A DNA stretch of 63,931 nucleotides, filler included, from Bigelowiella natans CCMP2755 (Eukaryota > Protista > Cercozoa): assembly GCA_000320545.1 (NCBI GenBank). It is 5 parts of 5 records of this genome, joined end to end, with 100 filler letters (N's around TTAATTAATTAA, not from the genome) between each part and the next. Parts side by side here need not be neighbours in the genome. Positions count along the whole stretch, not along the records: positions 1 to 21,254 come from ADNK01000563.1; positions 21,355 to 33,396 come from ADNK01003450.1; 3 more parts are not named here. One strand, 5' to 3'. Both the position numbers and the translations under genes were made by a program. The notes beneath the pieces are model-generated. The model searched no databases, was not told the DNA's origin, and saw only the letters and a program-made list of their open reading frames with translations. This document shows, piece after piece, positions 13,501 to 25,879 of this stretch; position 1 is the stretch's first letter; the number at the start of each line of letters is the position of its first letter.

Positions 13501-14390
13501 AAATCAAACGGCAACGGCTGTGTTTCTTGCATCACACATGCACATTGGAAAACCAATGACGACAAAACAATGGACAAGCAGCACATACAATGGCTGCAAT
13601 GCACATTTCATGTGCAATGTCTGCATCATCAATCACACACTAGTGAAAACAAGCTACAATTGACCAGACAATCCATCATCTTGCAATTCCCCAAATCCGA
13701 CCTCACATCACAACGCACGCGCAAACACATCTTGCTGAGTGCGCACAATGCAATGCTCGCGGAGTTGCATGCTGGCATGCCCGCAATGACTGCCAGTCGC
13801 TGTTCACAATTTTTGATATAATTGATGCATGCAAAGTCAACAGTCACCCCATGATCACCACCACCACTTGAATGCAACACGCTACTGTGGTCGCAAGTGC
13901 ATCATGACGATCATCACATCCCATGACAGTGTGCGCAGCAATGACGTGTTTGTCGCTCGGATGTCTGAGATGGTTGCCTTCTAGGCACCGCAACAGAATG
14001 ATGCCGTTTTTAGCTTCTTCAGTGGACAAACTCGAAATCCTTGTTGCAATTCAATTCAGACTGTCTAGCAAGAAGAAGTGATCAGTGACTTCGGTTTCTC
14101 TCCGTGCTTCGCGCCACCCAACGTCAACAAGTTCTTGATTGAAAAGTGGCGGGGCCCAGCTCTCATTGCTAGATTGTCCGAAACAGTCTCCCACCAAATG
14201 GCTTAAAAATTGAAAATCGAACATTGAACAAAGCATTGATCACATGGGAGACAAGCGTGCTCGACCCGCTCCGAATGCAGATGACCTGGTCGTCTCTGCA
14301 AATCTCTGGACACTGTTTCCGATGCGTCACACTGTCATCGGCGGTTTCATCCTCTTCCGAACATGAAAACATTGTCGCTCATGAAGAATG
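13501..14390. repeat. Decayed repeat or coding relic with strong TpA depletion
   Basis: About 11 TpA in ~890 nt, 4 of them in CTAG. Most short ORFs here lack Tyr and are Cys/His-rich. Confidence 0.55.
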
Positions 14391-14678
14391 TCATGCATAA
14401 ATGTACATTTTCTGTCGTATTTGCACGTCGTAGTTCGGATTGTGTGCTCAGTGCACGGTGGTAATCCGCTGTGGCATGCCAATTTAAAGAGCATTCCGAA
14501 CCCATTCCGATCATATCACATCTCATTCATTGCCCCCCACACAGCATATTACTACAGCACACGCAGCTGTAAATAAATCAAAGAGCAACCGAGACTTTCA
14601 CCTTTCGCTTTTCCTTTTTGTTGGAGAGCTCTTCGGAAAGCTAATAGTTTGTGCATCCAACCAACCAGTACTGAATAC

Positions 14679-15664
14679 ATGGCGTTGGCTAGTCTCCAGT
14701 CAACTCTTTTCCTAAGTTTATTACTAACCTCTCCAGTACTTGGGTTAATTGCAAGCAAGACTGACTGGAGAGTTGGAGGCGTATCGCAGCATGGCGGAAC
14801 ATTTTACGAGAAACATTTCGACACCACTTTCGAAGATTACATGAAGAATTACACTGATCTGCACTTTTCTCCCCCACTAAACTGGTCAAATTCCGGGGTG
14901 CACGACTCGCATCAACTTCATGATCTAATTAAAAACAAAACATTCGACTTTGTTTTTCTCACTGCAGAGCAGTTTACTTGCTACGAGTTGGAGTTTAGGC
15001 TTTATGGGGTCGCCACAGTTCGGATTTTGCGGAAAGGGATCGAGCTTTCGCACACAGGGGGCATTCTGTTTGTAAGAAATGATAGCAACATAACAACACT
15101 CGAAGATGTTAAGGGAAAGATCCTAGCTTCAGATGAAGCTTCTGTGAACGGACCTTTGTCTGATACTTTTACCTCAAACAAGATGAACCTTCATACCACA
15201 GTCGGCATGGTACTACAATAACTTAAGACTACTAGTTTTAAGACATGCCAACGACGCCTTACCTACCATGTGTATCACACATTTTTGTAAAATTTATTCA
15301 TTCTGCATATATCCTAATTCGAAATCAAACCAATTTGGAACTTAGCTCATGGAGACATACGAGCAAGACACAGCTGTTTTCCATGTCCGCAATAAGACTG
15401 CCGACGTCGGCTTCGTCGATTCTGAAACAATCGAAGTCCTAGAACATGAAGGGCTTTTGAATGAGTCTGAATTTCGGGTGATTCATCAATACAACACAAG
15501 CCAGGATGATGGCACTACGTACCCATTTCCTGTATCGACTCCCTTATATCCTGAACCAGTACTCGCAGCTCTACCCCATGTTGACCACATCGTAGCAGAG
15601 GTTGGTAGATTAACATATTTTCGGCATCAATTAACATTATACTTAATAACTAATACTATAGTCA

Positions 15665-15708
<44 letters not shown>

Positions 15709-15892
15709 GTGATTAATACCAACGAAAGTTGACGACAAGATTATGAAACAGCCCACAATCAATCAAACTTCTGGAAGATAACCATTCACCTCTCTTAAAG
15801 ATTTAATTTGGTTGTACTTCTGCTCCAGTTGACCTAAAAATGCACTTACAATAAGCAGCATATGAGTGTATTGTGATATATATGAGTGTATT

Positions 15893-15928
<36 letters not shown>

Positions 15929-17891
15929 GGAGGTAGCTAGAGCCTTGCTTGAGCTCACCCCGAATGATACAGCCTCCAAGGTCGGGTTCTATGTACGATG
16001 GCAGCCCTCTCTCTCATATGTGGAGATGCATCGGATGCAACGTAGTGCAGGGTTTTTGGATCGAGACCCTAACACATTCAAAGAGAACTGTCGTCGGACT
16101 CCCAGTGTATATGATGACATTACCTGTGGTGCGGGCTTCGTGAAGCGAACACTTGAAGAATCGCAGCGATGTCTCCTAAATCGCTCCTGTCCACAAGAAA
16201 CTAATTGTTTCTGCGGAGTCTGTAGAGCAGCTCCGGATGTCGAAGTTCTGCTGTCCGGCTGCTTTAACAGCAGCTCCTGCGAGAAGATGCAAATATGTCA
16301 CACGATGGAACAGCGCGCCCAGGTTACCTTTTATGTCCACGATAATCTGAATAGGGATAGCAACATGACTTATATCTTTCATGGGACACCAGTGGATGGC
16401 TTCTCAAAATCTGGTATCTTGAACGGCTCCGATTCCGACTACAATTTCACAATTTCGACTCCGCTAGTCGGGGAGTTCGTCATAGAGCTGTTCGTGTCCG
16501 GCGTGCAGATCGATAACTCACCCTTCACAATAAACGTTTTGGAGCGATCCTGCGAGCAAGACTACAAGGCCAACAAGGACGGTCTCTGTCAGCTTGCACA
16601 CGACACCAAGTACCTTCCAGACGAAATCCATTACTTTGCAGACATCATGTTCGGTATCAATGTTGCTCTTGCCCTTGCTTTTGGGGGATGGACCTTCTGG
16701 ACCCGAAAGACCAAAGTAGTTATGGCATCTCAACCGGAGTTCCTATACATAGTTTGCCTTGGTTGCGTTATCTCCTCCGTGTCAATTCTCCTCATCAGTT
16801 TCGATGATCGCGACTACTCCAAAGAGCATTTAGACTCGCTCTGCCAAGCTACTGTTTGGTTTTACGGAATCGGGTTCACTCTATCTGTTACTGCGTTGAT
16901 GGCCAAAACACTGAGGTCTAAGAGGATTATGCTCGATGGATTGAAGAAGAAAAAAAGCAAGCTGGGAAAGGCTACAGTACTCGAATTTATTGGTTTCATG
17001 GGGAAGTGCCTCCTTGTTGAATTGATATTCCTCTCAATCTGGACGGCTATTAGCCCGCTCACATGGCAGAGGACTTGCCGCAAGGATTCCGATGAGGAGT
17101 TCTGTACTTCTATTGGCCACTGTGCCTCTACCGACGCCATCCCCTTTCTTGCCATCATGCTTTTTGCACATCTTGTAGCTCTTATCTACCAGTGTTACCT
17201 TTGCTACAGAGTCCGCCACGTGCCAGCAGAGTTTTCGGAGCACAAATGGATCACGGCTGCCACAATCTCGTCCATTGAAATACTCCTTGCATGCCCCTTT
17301 CTGGTTCTTCTATCGTGGGAAGATTCGGTGACCTCAACTATCATATTGACATGTTCGCTCTTCCTTAATGATTTGGGGATCCTGTTGATGATTTTCGTCC
17401 CGAAGATTGGCATGACTTATGCAACCACTGATGAGGAAAAACTAACCGTAGAAGATATGCTTCACAACCTTAGAAGAGAAGTTAGAAGCGGCCCGAAAGA
17501 GAGGAAGGATGGGATTCCTCTTGCACCGATAAAAAAGAGGCAAACAGTGGGTAATTTAAGAAAAAAGGTCCTGCCAGAAGGTGTAGACATGAAAATTGTG
17601 TCGTCGAACAATAGCGCCAATAGTAAGGGCAGTGCCGCTAGCTCTGGTAACTTCGGTCGTCCTAATAGTGAAAACTATACAACCAGTAGCATAAGAAACC
17701 CCAGATCAAGCAAGCAGGTCGTACCCAAGCTTGTAGTTGGTTCAGGTGCGGAGGTTTCCGATATGAGTTCTGTAAGTGCTAACAATAGAAACGAAGAGGT
17801 TTCAAGTACCATTCCCCGGCCATCCGTTCAATCTGGCCTGAATCCCATGGCTGTTTCTGTCCTGGAAGACAACCCATCCTCTCAAAGTTAA
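14679..17891 (+). CDS. Class-C-like (7tm_3) GPCR with N-terminal PhnD/phosphonate-binding-type solute-binding domain and filamin/Ig-like segment
   Basis: Three exons (~14679-15209, ~15346-15600, ~15930-17891). Signal peptide. SBP-like motifs GGILFVRNDSNITTLEDVKGK, ADVGFV, STPLYPEPVLAALPHV. Cys-rich linker, then GEFVIELFVSGVQIDNSPFTINV (filamin-like). Seven TMs with VVMASQPEFL, ALMAKTLR, EFSEHKWI, IFVPKI, typical of class C GPCRs. Confidence 0.85.
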
Positions 17892-18412
17892 ACCAGCCAC
17901 TTAAAAGGATGTCCGTGATAGATACAACGTAGTATTGTATTAGTAATTGTAACAGAAACTACGTAGTGTGGTGTGTATATGATATATAGTACGTCACTGT
18001 GTCCACTTTGCTTTCTCTGCGCGTGTTTCATACTCTCCAGTATATTCCTTGCTAGCTTGCTGTCCAATGCCGCACACGGAGTAGAACATGTATAATCTGT
18101 ATCATGCTTCATATTATTTCACGAATGCAATGCCATGTTCCATAGCATTTTAGCATTTCGTCATATTACTGTGCTCATCATGTTCCTTGTTTTTGTGCGT
18201 TTTTATCCATCGAATAAATGGTTTGTAAAAAATACGTCTGGATGTTCTAGTCAATAGTGTTCATCAAGTGCCTGTCACTTAGCAACAAGCTAACTGCAAG
18301 AGCACCAATCATTAATCCCGTCTAGCCGTGCTTGCGTCAAGTGATTGCATGCCATTTCATCTTCTGGTCTTGCAAGCGTCATGCCACAGATGGCCCCCGT
18401 CGCAGCGCATCA

Positions 18413-18825
18413 CAGCTCCGTCGAACCTGTAACGAATCGCCAGAACATGCATTTGGAAGCTTTTGTGCGCGACCAAGCGCGTTGTGTGATGCAATGCACA
18501 TTTTGGATTTGCTCGCATTTCTTTGAAATTTTTCGTGCATGTGAAGATTGGTCAAACACACGCGCAAAAGCATTCAAAATGTGGCAAAGAACAAACGCGC
18601 AGCGTGCATCCTCTGCACAACGGGTGTGAATTTTCACACTTTGCGCGCTCACTGAGCCTTGAAAATGGACATTTTGGTCAAAATTTCGGTCATTTTTTGA
18701 GGTTTGGCCATCGGACAAATTCTGAAGAGTTTTCCTTGACCAACTTCAACTACTTGCTGCTTCAAAGCACGTCGCAAAGCGTTGCACTGTTCACAACCCC
18801 GTCGTCACCGGGTTTGACGGAGCTG
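18413..18825. mobile_element. Non-autonomous DNA transposon (MITE), Tc1/mariner/pogo-like termini
   Basis: Left end CAGCTCCGTCGAACCTGTAACGA; reverse complement of the right end CAGCTCCGTCAAACCCGGTGACGA. These are ~23-24 nt imperfect TIRs starting CAG. Flanks are CA (18411-12) and TG (18826-27) where TA TSDs are expected. No coding capacity. Confidence 0.7.
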
Positions 18826-19127
18826 TGATGGAGCGGAACGACACATGTGTGATTTTCATTGCAAGCAATCATCACGAATCCTTTGCACGTACTGCATGCT
18901 ATTGAAATGAACTAGCACGCAGGGCAACCACACTGAGCACAGCAAGCAGGCAGCACAGCGCGAGCGTGGGTGCTGCTTGCCGTCCGTCGTGTCGTGCATC
19001 ATGCAGCGCGTTGTTAATCAATTGTACGTGTGTTAGTAAATGGTTATTGGGATTAAATGCACATACACTCCTTCCTCGCGTTTTGTGTGCTATGCTATTA
19101 CGTCTAGACGTAAGCGGATATACATTA

Positions 19128-19446
19128 TTAGCTTGATTTCTCGGATGGCTTTTTCTCCTCCTGTATCTCCTCTTTCTTCTCGCTCGCCTGCCTATCTGTA
19201 GGTTGGTGGGTTTTCCGGCGCAGGAGCGGAATGATCTTGTCGACCTGCGCCAACCAAGGGTGTGCCATTGCTTCTGAAATATTCAGGCGCTTCTTAGGAT
19301 CTTTCGCGAGCATTTTGGTGACGAAATCCTTGGCCTTCTCGGAGACGCCCTTCCAACGACTTTGCTTGAACCTTTTGCCAAAAGAATGTGATATTGTTTA
19401 AAGAAGTATGAGCAGCCCTAGCCCTTGTGGTGTAGCAAGAAAAGCT

Positions 19447-19477
<31 letters not shown>

Positions 19478-20467
19478 CGACGATGTTCACGTGCAGAAAG
19501 TAGTGGGCCATTGTAGTTGGGAGGGAGACTAATGTCCCCTATTCCTCCTCCTCCTCCTCCTCCTCCTCCTTCTCCACTTACTCTCTCTATCTCTCTCTCT
19601 CTCCCCCTCCCTCTCTCTCATGCATCGTACTACTACTTCACATATATACAAAGACTTACTCGACAGGAGCTTCTACAATCTTGTCCATGAGTTTGATCTC
19701 GTCCTTGTCGTAGAACGGTAATGACCCCGAGAGCAGCACAAAGGTAATCACGCCAATCCCCCACACATCCACAGATTTGGTGAAGGTGTCTGAATCGATC
19801 ATCTCAGGTGCCATATAGGCCACGGACCCAGCGGCGTCCTTCATCTCCTCTGCAGGCTTCGCAAACTGCGACAACCCGAAGTCGGTGACAAATATGCGGA
19901 TATAGTCCCCATCAAGATTCTCAACGAGGATGTTCTCTGGCTTTATATCCTTGTGGACGATGCCCCGAAGATGGCAGTAACGAATGGCGGAGCACAGCTG
20001 CTGGATCACGTGCCGGGCGGCGTCCTCAGCAAAGAACTTCTGGTTAACCTTTTGGATGGGGCGGGATTGTTTCACAAGGAGGGGGAGAGCAGCACCGGAG
20101 AACGCGTAATCGTTAAGACGAAGGGCGAAAGCAGGACCATAATGATAATAATAATAATAATAATAATAATCACAGAATACCAATAAATAGATAAATACAT
20201 ACATACATACATAGTAGTAGTAGTAGTAGTAGTAGTAGCTACAAACTAGTAATCATTATTATTATTACAATCGTCTTAAAGAGGTCGCCGTGCTCAAGCC
20301 ATTCCATGACGATGTAGATATTCTTCTTCGTCTCGAAGACCTTCTTCATGGACACAATGAAGGGATGGGAGGCCAGCCTGAGGATAGCAATCTCGGCACG
20401 TAGCCCTTCCTTATCGGCGTCATCTATCTGCGTCTTATCGATAACTTTCACCTGTCGTGCGAGGAGT

Positions 20468-20500
<33 letters not shown>

Positions 20501-20890
20501 CATTAGTAACGGTACAGGTGTGGTGAGATATTGTGTGGCGCAGCAAGCAGCACAGGAGAAGGTCCTGTAGTAGTAGCAGCGCAAAAGAGACAAGAGAGAG
20601 GGGGAGAGCAAGGGAAGGAGGAGGCCCCAAAGGCTCCTCCTCCTCCTCCTCCTACTACTACTACACTACTTCTTCGGTAGTTGTTATTTTCCCACAACGT
20701 CTCAAAGAACGCAGTTCTTGTTCTTCTCTCGCTCTCTCTCTCTCTCACCGCGTAGTCCCTCCCGGTCTTCTTGTGCGTGCACTTGTACACCGTGGCGAAC
20801 CTCCCAGCGCCGAGTTTTCCCTTCATCTCATACTCATCCTCGAGCTCCTCATGCTTCGACTCCTCACGTAGCCATACTAGCCACTGAGAA

Positions 20891-20926
<36 letters not shown>

Positions 20927-20961
20927 CAAGAGCATTATTCAAGGTGCGATAAAGAAGCACC

Positions 20962-20993
<32 letters not shown>

Positions 20994-21110
20994 CGTACTA
21001 CTACAACTACTACTACTACTACTACTACTACTACCACTACCTGTCGTTTTTCTTGTTCATTTCGAGCAAAGAAGACTCGGCTAAGCTCGTTTGACTCCAG
21101 TTGAATCCCT
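19128..21110 (-). CDS. CAMK-group Ser/Thr kinase preceded by a PH-domain end (CDPK7-like); 5' end lost in gap
   Basis: GKLGAGRFATVYKC, YAV|KVIDK, HKDIKPEN, DFG, YMAPE, DVWGIGVI and DPKKRL are all present. Upstream exons RVFFARNEQEKRQ|WLVWL resemble the C-terminal helix of a PH domain. Confidence 0.9.
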
Positions 21111-21254
21111 GTCAACGGCAGCAGCAGCAGCAGCAGCATAAGAACACCCGAAAAAAGAAAATACAAGAACATCATCATCGTCAAATACAAAATAATAATG
21201 AAACTGAAAATGATAATGGTAACAATTTGGAAGAAACGATAACGGGTGCACACA

Positions 21255-21354
21255 NNNNNNNNNNNNNNNNNNNNNNNNNNNNNNNNNNNNNNNNNNNNTT
21301 AATTAATTAANNNNNNNNNNNNNNNNNNNNNNNNNNNNNNNNNNNNNNNNNNNN
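21255..21354. other. Artificial assembly spacer (N44-TTAATTAATTAA-N44)
   Basis: Identical 100-nt construct occurs four times; the core puts stop codons in all six frames. Confidence 0.97.
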
Positions 21355-21402
21355 CACACACAAAATATAAAATAAATATATCGCATTTATGGTAGCTTCC
21401 AA

Positions 21403-22395
21403 GGCCAGACGCCAGCCAAAGTCGATCATCGCGTGCAGCAAGCTCGAGGCGGGGTGCTTTTCATCGACGAGGTATATATCGCAAATGACGAACAAGCATA
21501 CACACAGCGCGCGCGCGCGCGCGTGCACACACACACACACACACACGCATACGCTTTGATGTCTATCATTACAACTGCTACTACTACTACTCCTCTCCAT
21601 GAGCCGACTCTGTTTGTGCTATTTTCAGGCTTACCAGCTTATGACCCGCAGCCAAGCTGGAGGGCAGGTAGAAAGGCGGGGTGAGGGGGGGGTGGGGGGG
21701 CACAATAACATGCATTCTTAAACTAGATAACTATCGTATTCTTGCAGCTCGGCACACGCGCGAGTTTACTGCGGGTTAAAACCTGAAGTACGTTAATGGT
21801 GTTTCCTCTTGTGCTGCTGTACACAGGCCGAGGCATCTTCGTACGCGAAGGAGGCCATCGACACGCTCATGAAGCACATGGATCCTCCCAAATGCGTGAT
21901 GATCTTTGCGGGGTGATGCCCCCCACCCAAGCACGATTCGTTTGTGTTTGATATCTCCATGAGAGAGCTTTTATGCGAGTCTTAATCTCATTTACTCGGT
22001 TGGTGCTGACTACGTCGTTCATCGTTTTCTCGCTGCGTATTGATTCTCGTCATCGCATTTCTTTCCCCTCCCCCTCCCCTCTCCCCTCTCCCCAGCTACG
22101 AGCATCCGATGGAGGAGTTCCTCCGCGCCAACGAAGGGATTGCGCGTCGTCTCTATGATAAGTTCATCTTCAGACCCTACAAGAAGCCAGAGCTCCTCGA
22201 GATATTCAAGATCATGCTACGAGTCAACGGCGAGAAACTGCACGATGAAGAGAAGAGTCTTCGAGAGGTCGGTTGCTGTCGCGGCTTGGCATAGCGTCTC
22301 TCCCGTGTTATTGCAAACCGACTAGACTCAATCGATTCGATTTTGAGAGGACCATACTCGCCTCCACCCTTTATTATTCTCTCTCTTTCGCTGTC

Positions 22396-22437
<42 letters not shown>

Positions 22438-23266
22438 CTCTCATGCTCATGAAGCATTTCCAACTCCAGCCAAAAAAAACAACGGCGCCACAATGATGGC
22501 TATTTGCGCTTGGTTTTTTCTGTTGGTTTAACTATACCGCTTACTCCTGATCTTTTCCTCCTCGAAATCCGAAATCGATTGCTTCTTTCTGCCCCCCGCG
22601 AAGGTCACCAAGATGCTGGAGAGCGTTCCTGAGTCTTACACCAAGGATAAGAACGGCGGATTCGTTGAAAACTGGATCCAAAATGCCAGGCTTGCGCGTG
22701 ATGAGCTGTTGGACATTAAGGAGATGGAAGATGGTGCGTCACTCCGCGTTTATTCGTGCCGCTAAAGGGCAAGCGAGAAAGGGGGGGTGTGTGGGGGAGG
22801 GGGGGGATAGAGAGGGTGAAAAGAGCACATTAGATGATGCACATGGGATGGGGGAGAGGTGGGAGACATAAATGATACAGACAGAGTAATCGAAGCAGCA
22901 ATGTGTTGGAATCGGCCGTTTTCCTTATCGCGTTCGTTTTGATGCGTCACTGCTCTTGCTGCTGAGTAGATCCGTCGTGCCTGACCATGCTAAAGCCACA
23001 GCATCTCAAGATCGGTAATAATAATGGCGCGATACGCACCGCAGCTCCTTTGCAGTGTTAGCAGATGGTTTGTACACGATGGTTATATGCGCGAGCTGAT
23101 GCGGTGTCGTTACTTCTGTCGTGAATGGTGGTGTTCTTCTGTTGGGGGCAATTCGAAAGGTCTTTCCTCGCTGAAGCTTCGCATTGAAATTGACGAGGCC
23201 TCGGATGAGCAGCTCGATGGCTGGTTAACGAAGGAGCTCAAGAAGGTCTCTCTCTCTATGTGTGCG

Positions 23267-23309
<43 letters not shown>

Positions 23310-23398
23310 ATGCTGCTTGCGCCTACAAGAGTTGCAAGCAAGACATATTGAGGCCTCCATTCCCCTTCTATTCTGTCAAAACAATGGGGCGATATATA

Positions 23399-23448
<50 letters not shown>

Positions 23449-23731
23449 GAGTATTGTGTGTATTGAGCTCAATGAAGGAAGAACTAGCTGCATCGTTCCT
23501 GACTCACTAGTTGTTTGTCTGCTATCGCATTGCCTTTGCGTGTGCGCGCGTGCTAGGTTGTGGGCTGCCGCAGCATAAAAGAGCAGATCTGGAAGTTCAG
23601 ACGCCAAGTGGCGAAGGACCGCATTCGCCGACAGCGCGGTGACTACATGTGGTGTATAGATGACTGTGTGCTGAATGCTATTGTTTCAGATAGTCGGTTA
23701 TTTCTTTTGAGGCCATGCTCGAATATAATAA

Positions 23732-23767
<36 letters not shown>

Positions 23768-23773
23768 TGATGT

Positions 23774-23811
<38 letters not shown>

Positions 23812-25817
23812 ATATCGTTGTCCGACCGCCAACCAGGCAAGAAAATCAAGGGCGGAGAGCTCTACCACATGATCTTCTCCGGTCCCCCAGGCACTGGCAA
23901 GACGATGATCGGCAAGTTGATGGTGAGCTCACAATGCCCACAGCGGGAAGCGAGTTCTCCCCTGCGTGGATGGCCTTTTGTCTGATGGGTTCCCTTTATT
24001 GCCGTGCAATCAGGCGAAAGTCATGCTGAAGATGGGACTGGTGTCTCAGGATCGATTCTTCCAAGTGAGCAACCATGATGCCGATGGCGACCCCGACCAT
24101 TGTCATCCTTTTGACACGCACAAAATCAAGAAAACAACATGAAGGGAAAAGGGAGAGGCGAAAAGCGATTATCGTTGCGGGGACTCCGGAGGGGTGTTGC
24201 GTGACTTTTCCCACTAAGATGGTGCCAAATCTATTCGTTAATCTCAGGTGAAGAATCCTCAGGAGATGATCGATAAGTACCAGGGAGGTCAGCAGGCAAA
24301 TCAGCGCTTGGCTTTGTGTTTATTTGTGTGTTTACTTGCGTGCGCTCATTTCGTGCATTGGAATATCAGGAACGCCGCACCGTGTGGATCATATGGTTGA
24401 TCAGGCAAAAGGAGGCGTGATGTTCATCGACGAGGTCATTCGTTGGTTCAAAACAGTCCATTTACGTGTCGTATTGCGAGTGGATTGTTGTTATTGTTGC
24501 GAGTGCTCTCTGTAAATCTGAGTTTTTTTTTTGAACGTTTAAAGGCCTACTCTCTGTCAATGGGACGCGGAGGAGATTATTACGCAAATCAAGCAATAAA
24601 TCAGATTATGGTGGCCTTGTCACCCCGCACGATTTTTCCCGTTCTTACTTTCTCGCTCTCCCCTCTTTCTCTTTCTCTCTTCTCTCTTCGCTCTTGTAGT
24701 TCCGTGTGTTTTTTTGCGGATTGAGTATTCAAAGGGGGAGAAGAGAAAAGACGTTGTTGGAGGGAGTTTGTTTTGGGGTTGTTTGGCACTGCGTTGAGCA
24801 TGGTGATGAGGATGATGATTATGATGATGACGGTGTTCCACAACGATTCCAATGCCGAGTAGAACTAGTTGGTGTAATTGGGAAAATGTGCGTTTTAAAT
24901 TGAACAATAGGCGCATCTCGATCCGCCATCAGCTGTGTTCATCTTCGCCGGGTTGATTCCTACATTTTCTTTCATATAATATTAATTTTAACTCCATATA
25001 TTATACACTATATTGGAATACATATTTGGTAGATGCACCGATGTAGACGCGCACGCACATGTGTGTTTCTAAATAAGGAATGGTTTTATCTGCACGTTTA
25101 TAGCCATATTTTCATTCTTCGAGCTGTGTGTACCGTTTGTATAGATACGAGGCCCCAATGAAGCAGTTTTTGGGAATGAACCCTGGGTTGGAACGGTTGT
25201 ACTTCATTTCCTTACTCATCCATCGCCACGCGTGCATGCTCTCTGCCGTCCACGTATAGAAAAGCAATCAACCCAAAAGCCCACGCGCGAGTTATGATAT
25301 AATTTCCCATCGTATGAGTTGAGAAAGTGATATTCTCTGTTTGGTTTCGGATAAGAGGGCATGCGTATGTTTTCGTTCGATTTCAACGTGTAGCTTTGTG
25401 CGTGTGGGTGTGTGCGTGTGTGTGTGTTTGACGGAAGGTTGATGCGAATATTATAGGCGTATTCCTTATCACTACCACTTCGCTCCTTACTCCGCTGAAG
25501 ACCTGATTGACATCTTGAAGATCCAGGCAAAATTGGCCGGAAAGGTATTCAACTACGATGCGAACTGCCATGTGCACTTCCATAGCTGCTGACCCCCATG
25601 CCAAGATGGTGTGTGTAATATCTATGGATGGGAGTCTTTGCCTGGTTTTGTGTGTATGTGTGTGTGTGTGTGTGTTTGAGTGTGATATAAATCGCATTTT
25701 GACTTCTCTCTTCCAGACAATTGACGAGGCGGCTTTCGCCGGAATCCGAGGCATTTTGCGGACGATTCCAAAGGACAAGCTCAAAAACGAGAACGGTGCT
25801 CCTAGATCCGACCAAAT

Positions 25818-25879
<62 letters not shown>

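Noticed and set aside
13501-18889. Explaining TG/CA excess in the relics by CpG methylation decay or classical RIP
   Set aside because: CpG remains frequent and TpA is lost rather than gained.
21299-21310. Recurrent palindrome TTAATTAATTAA
   Set aside because: Always embedded in N runs as an identical 100-nt construct. It is an assembly linker, not biology, and synteny across it is not trusted.
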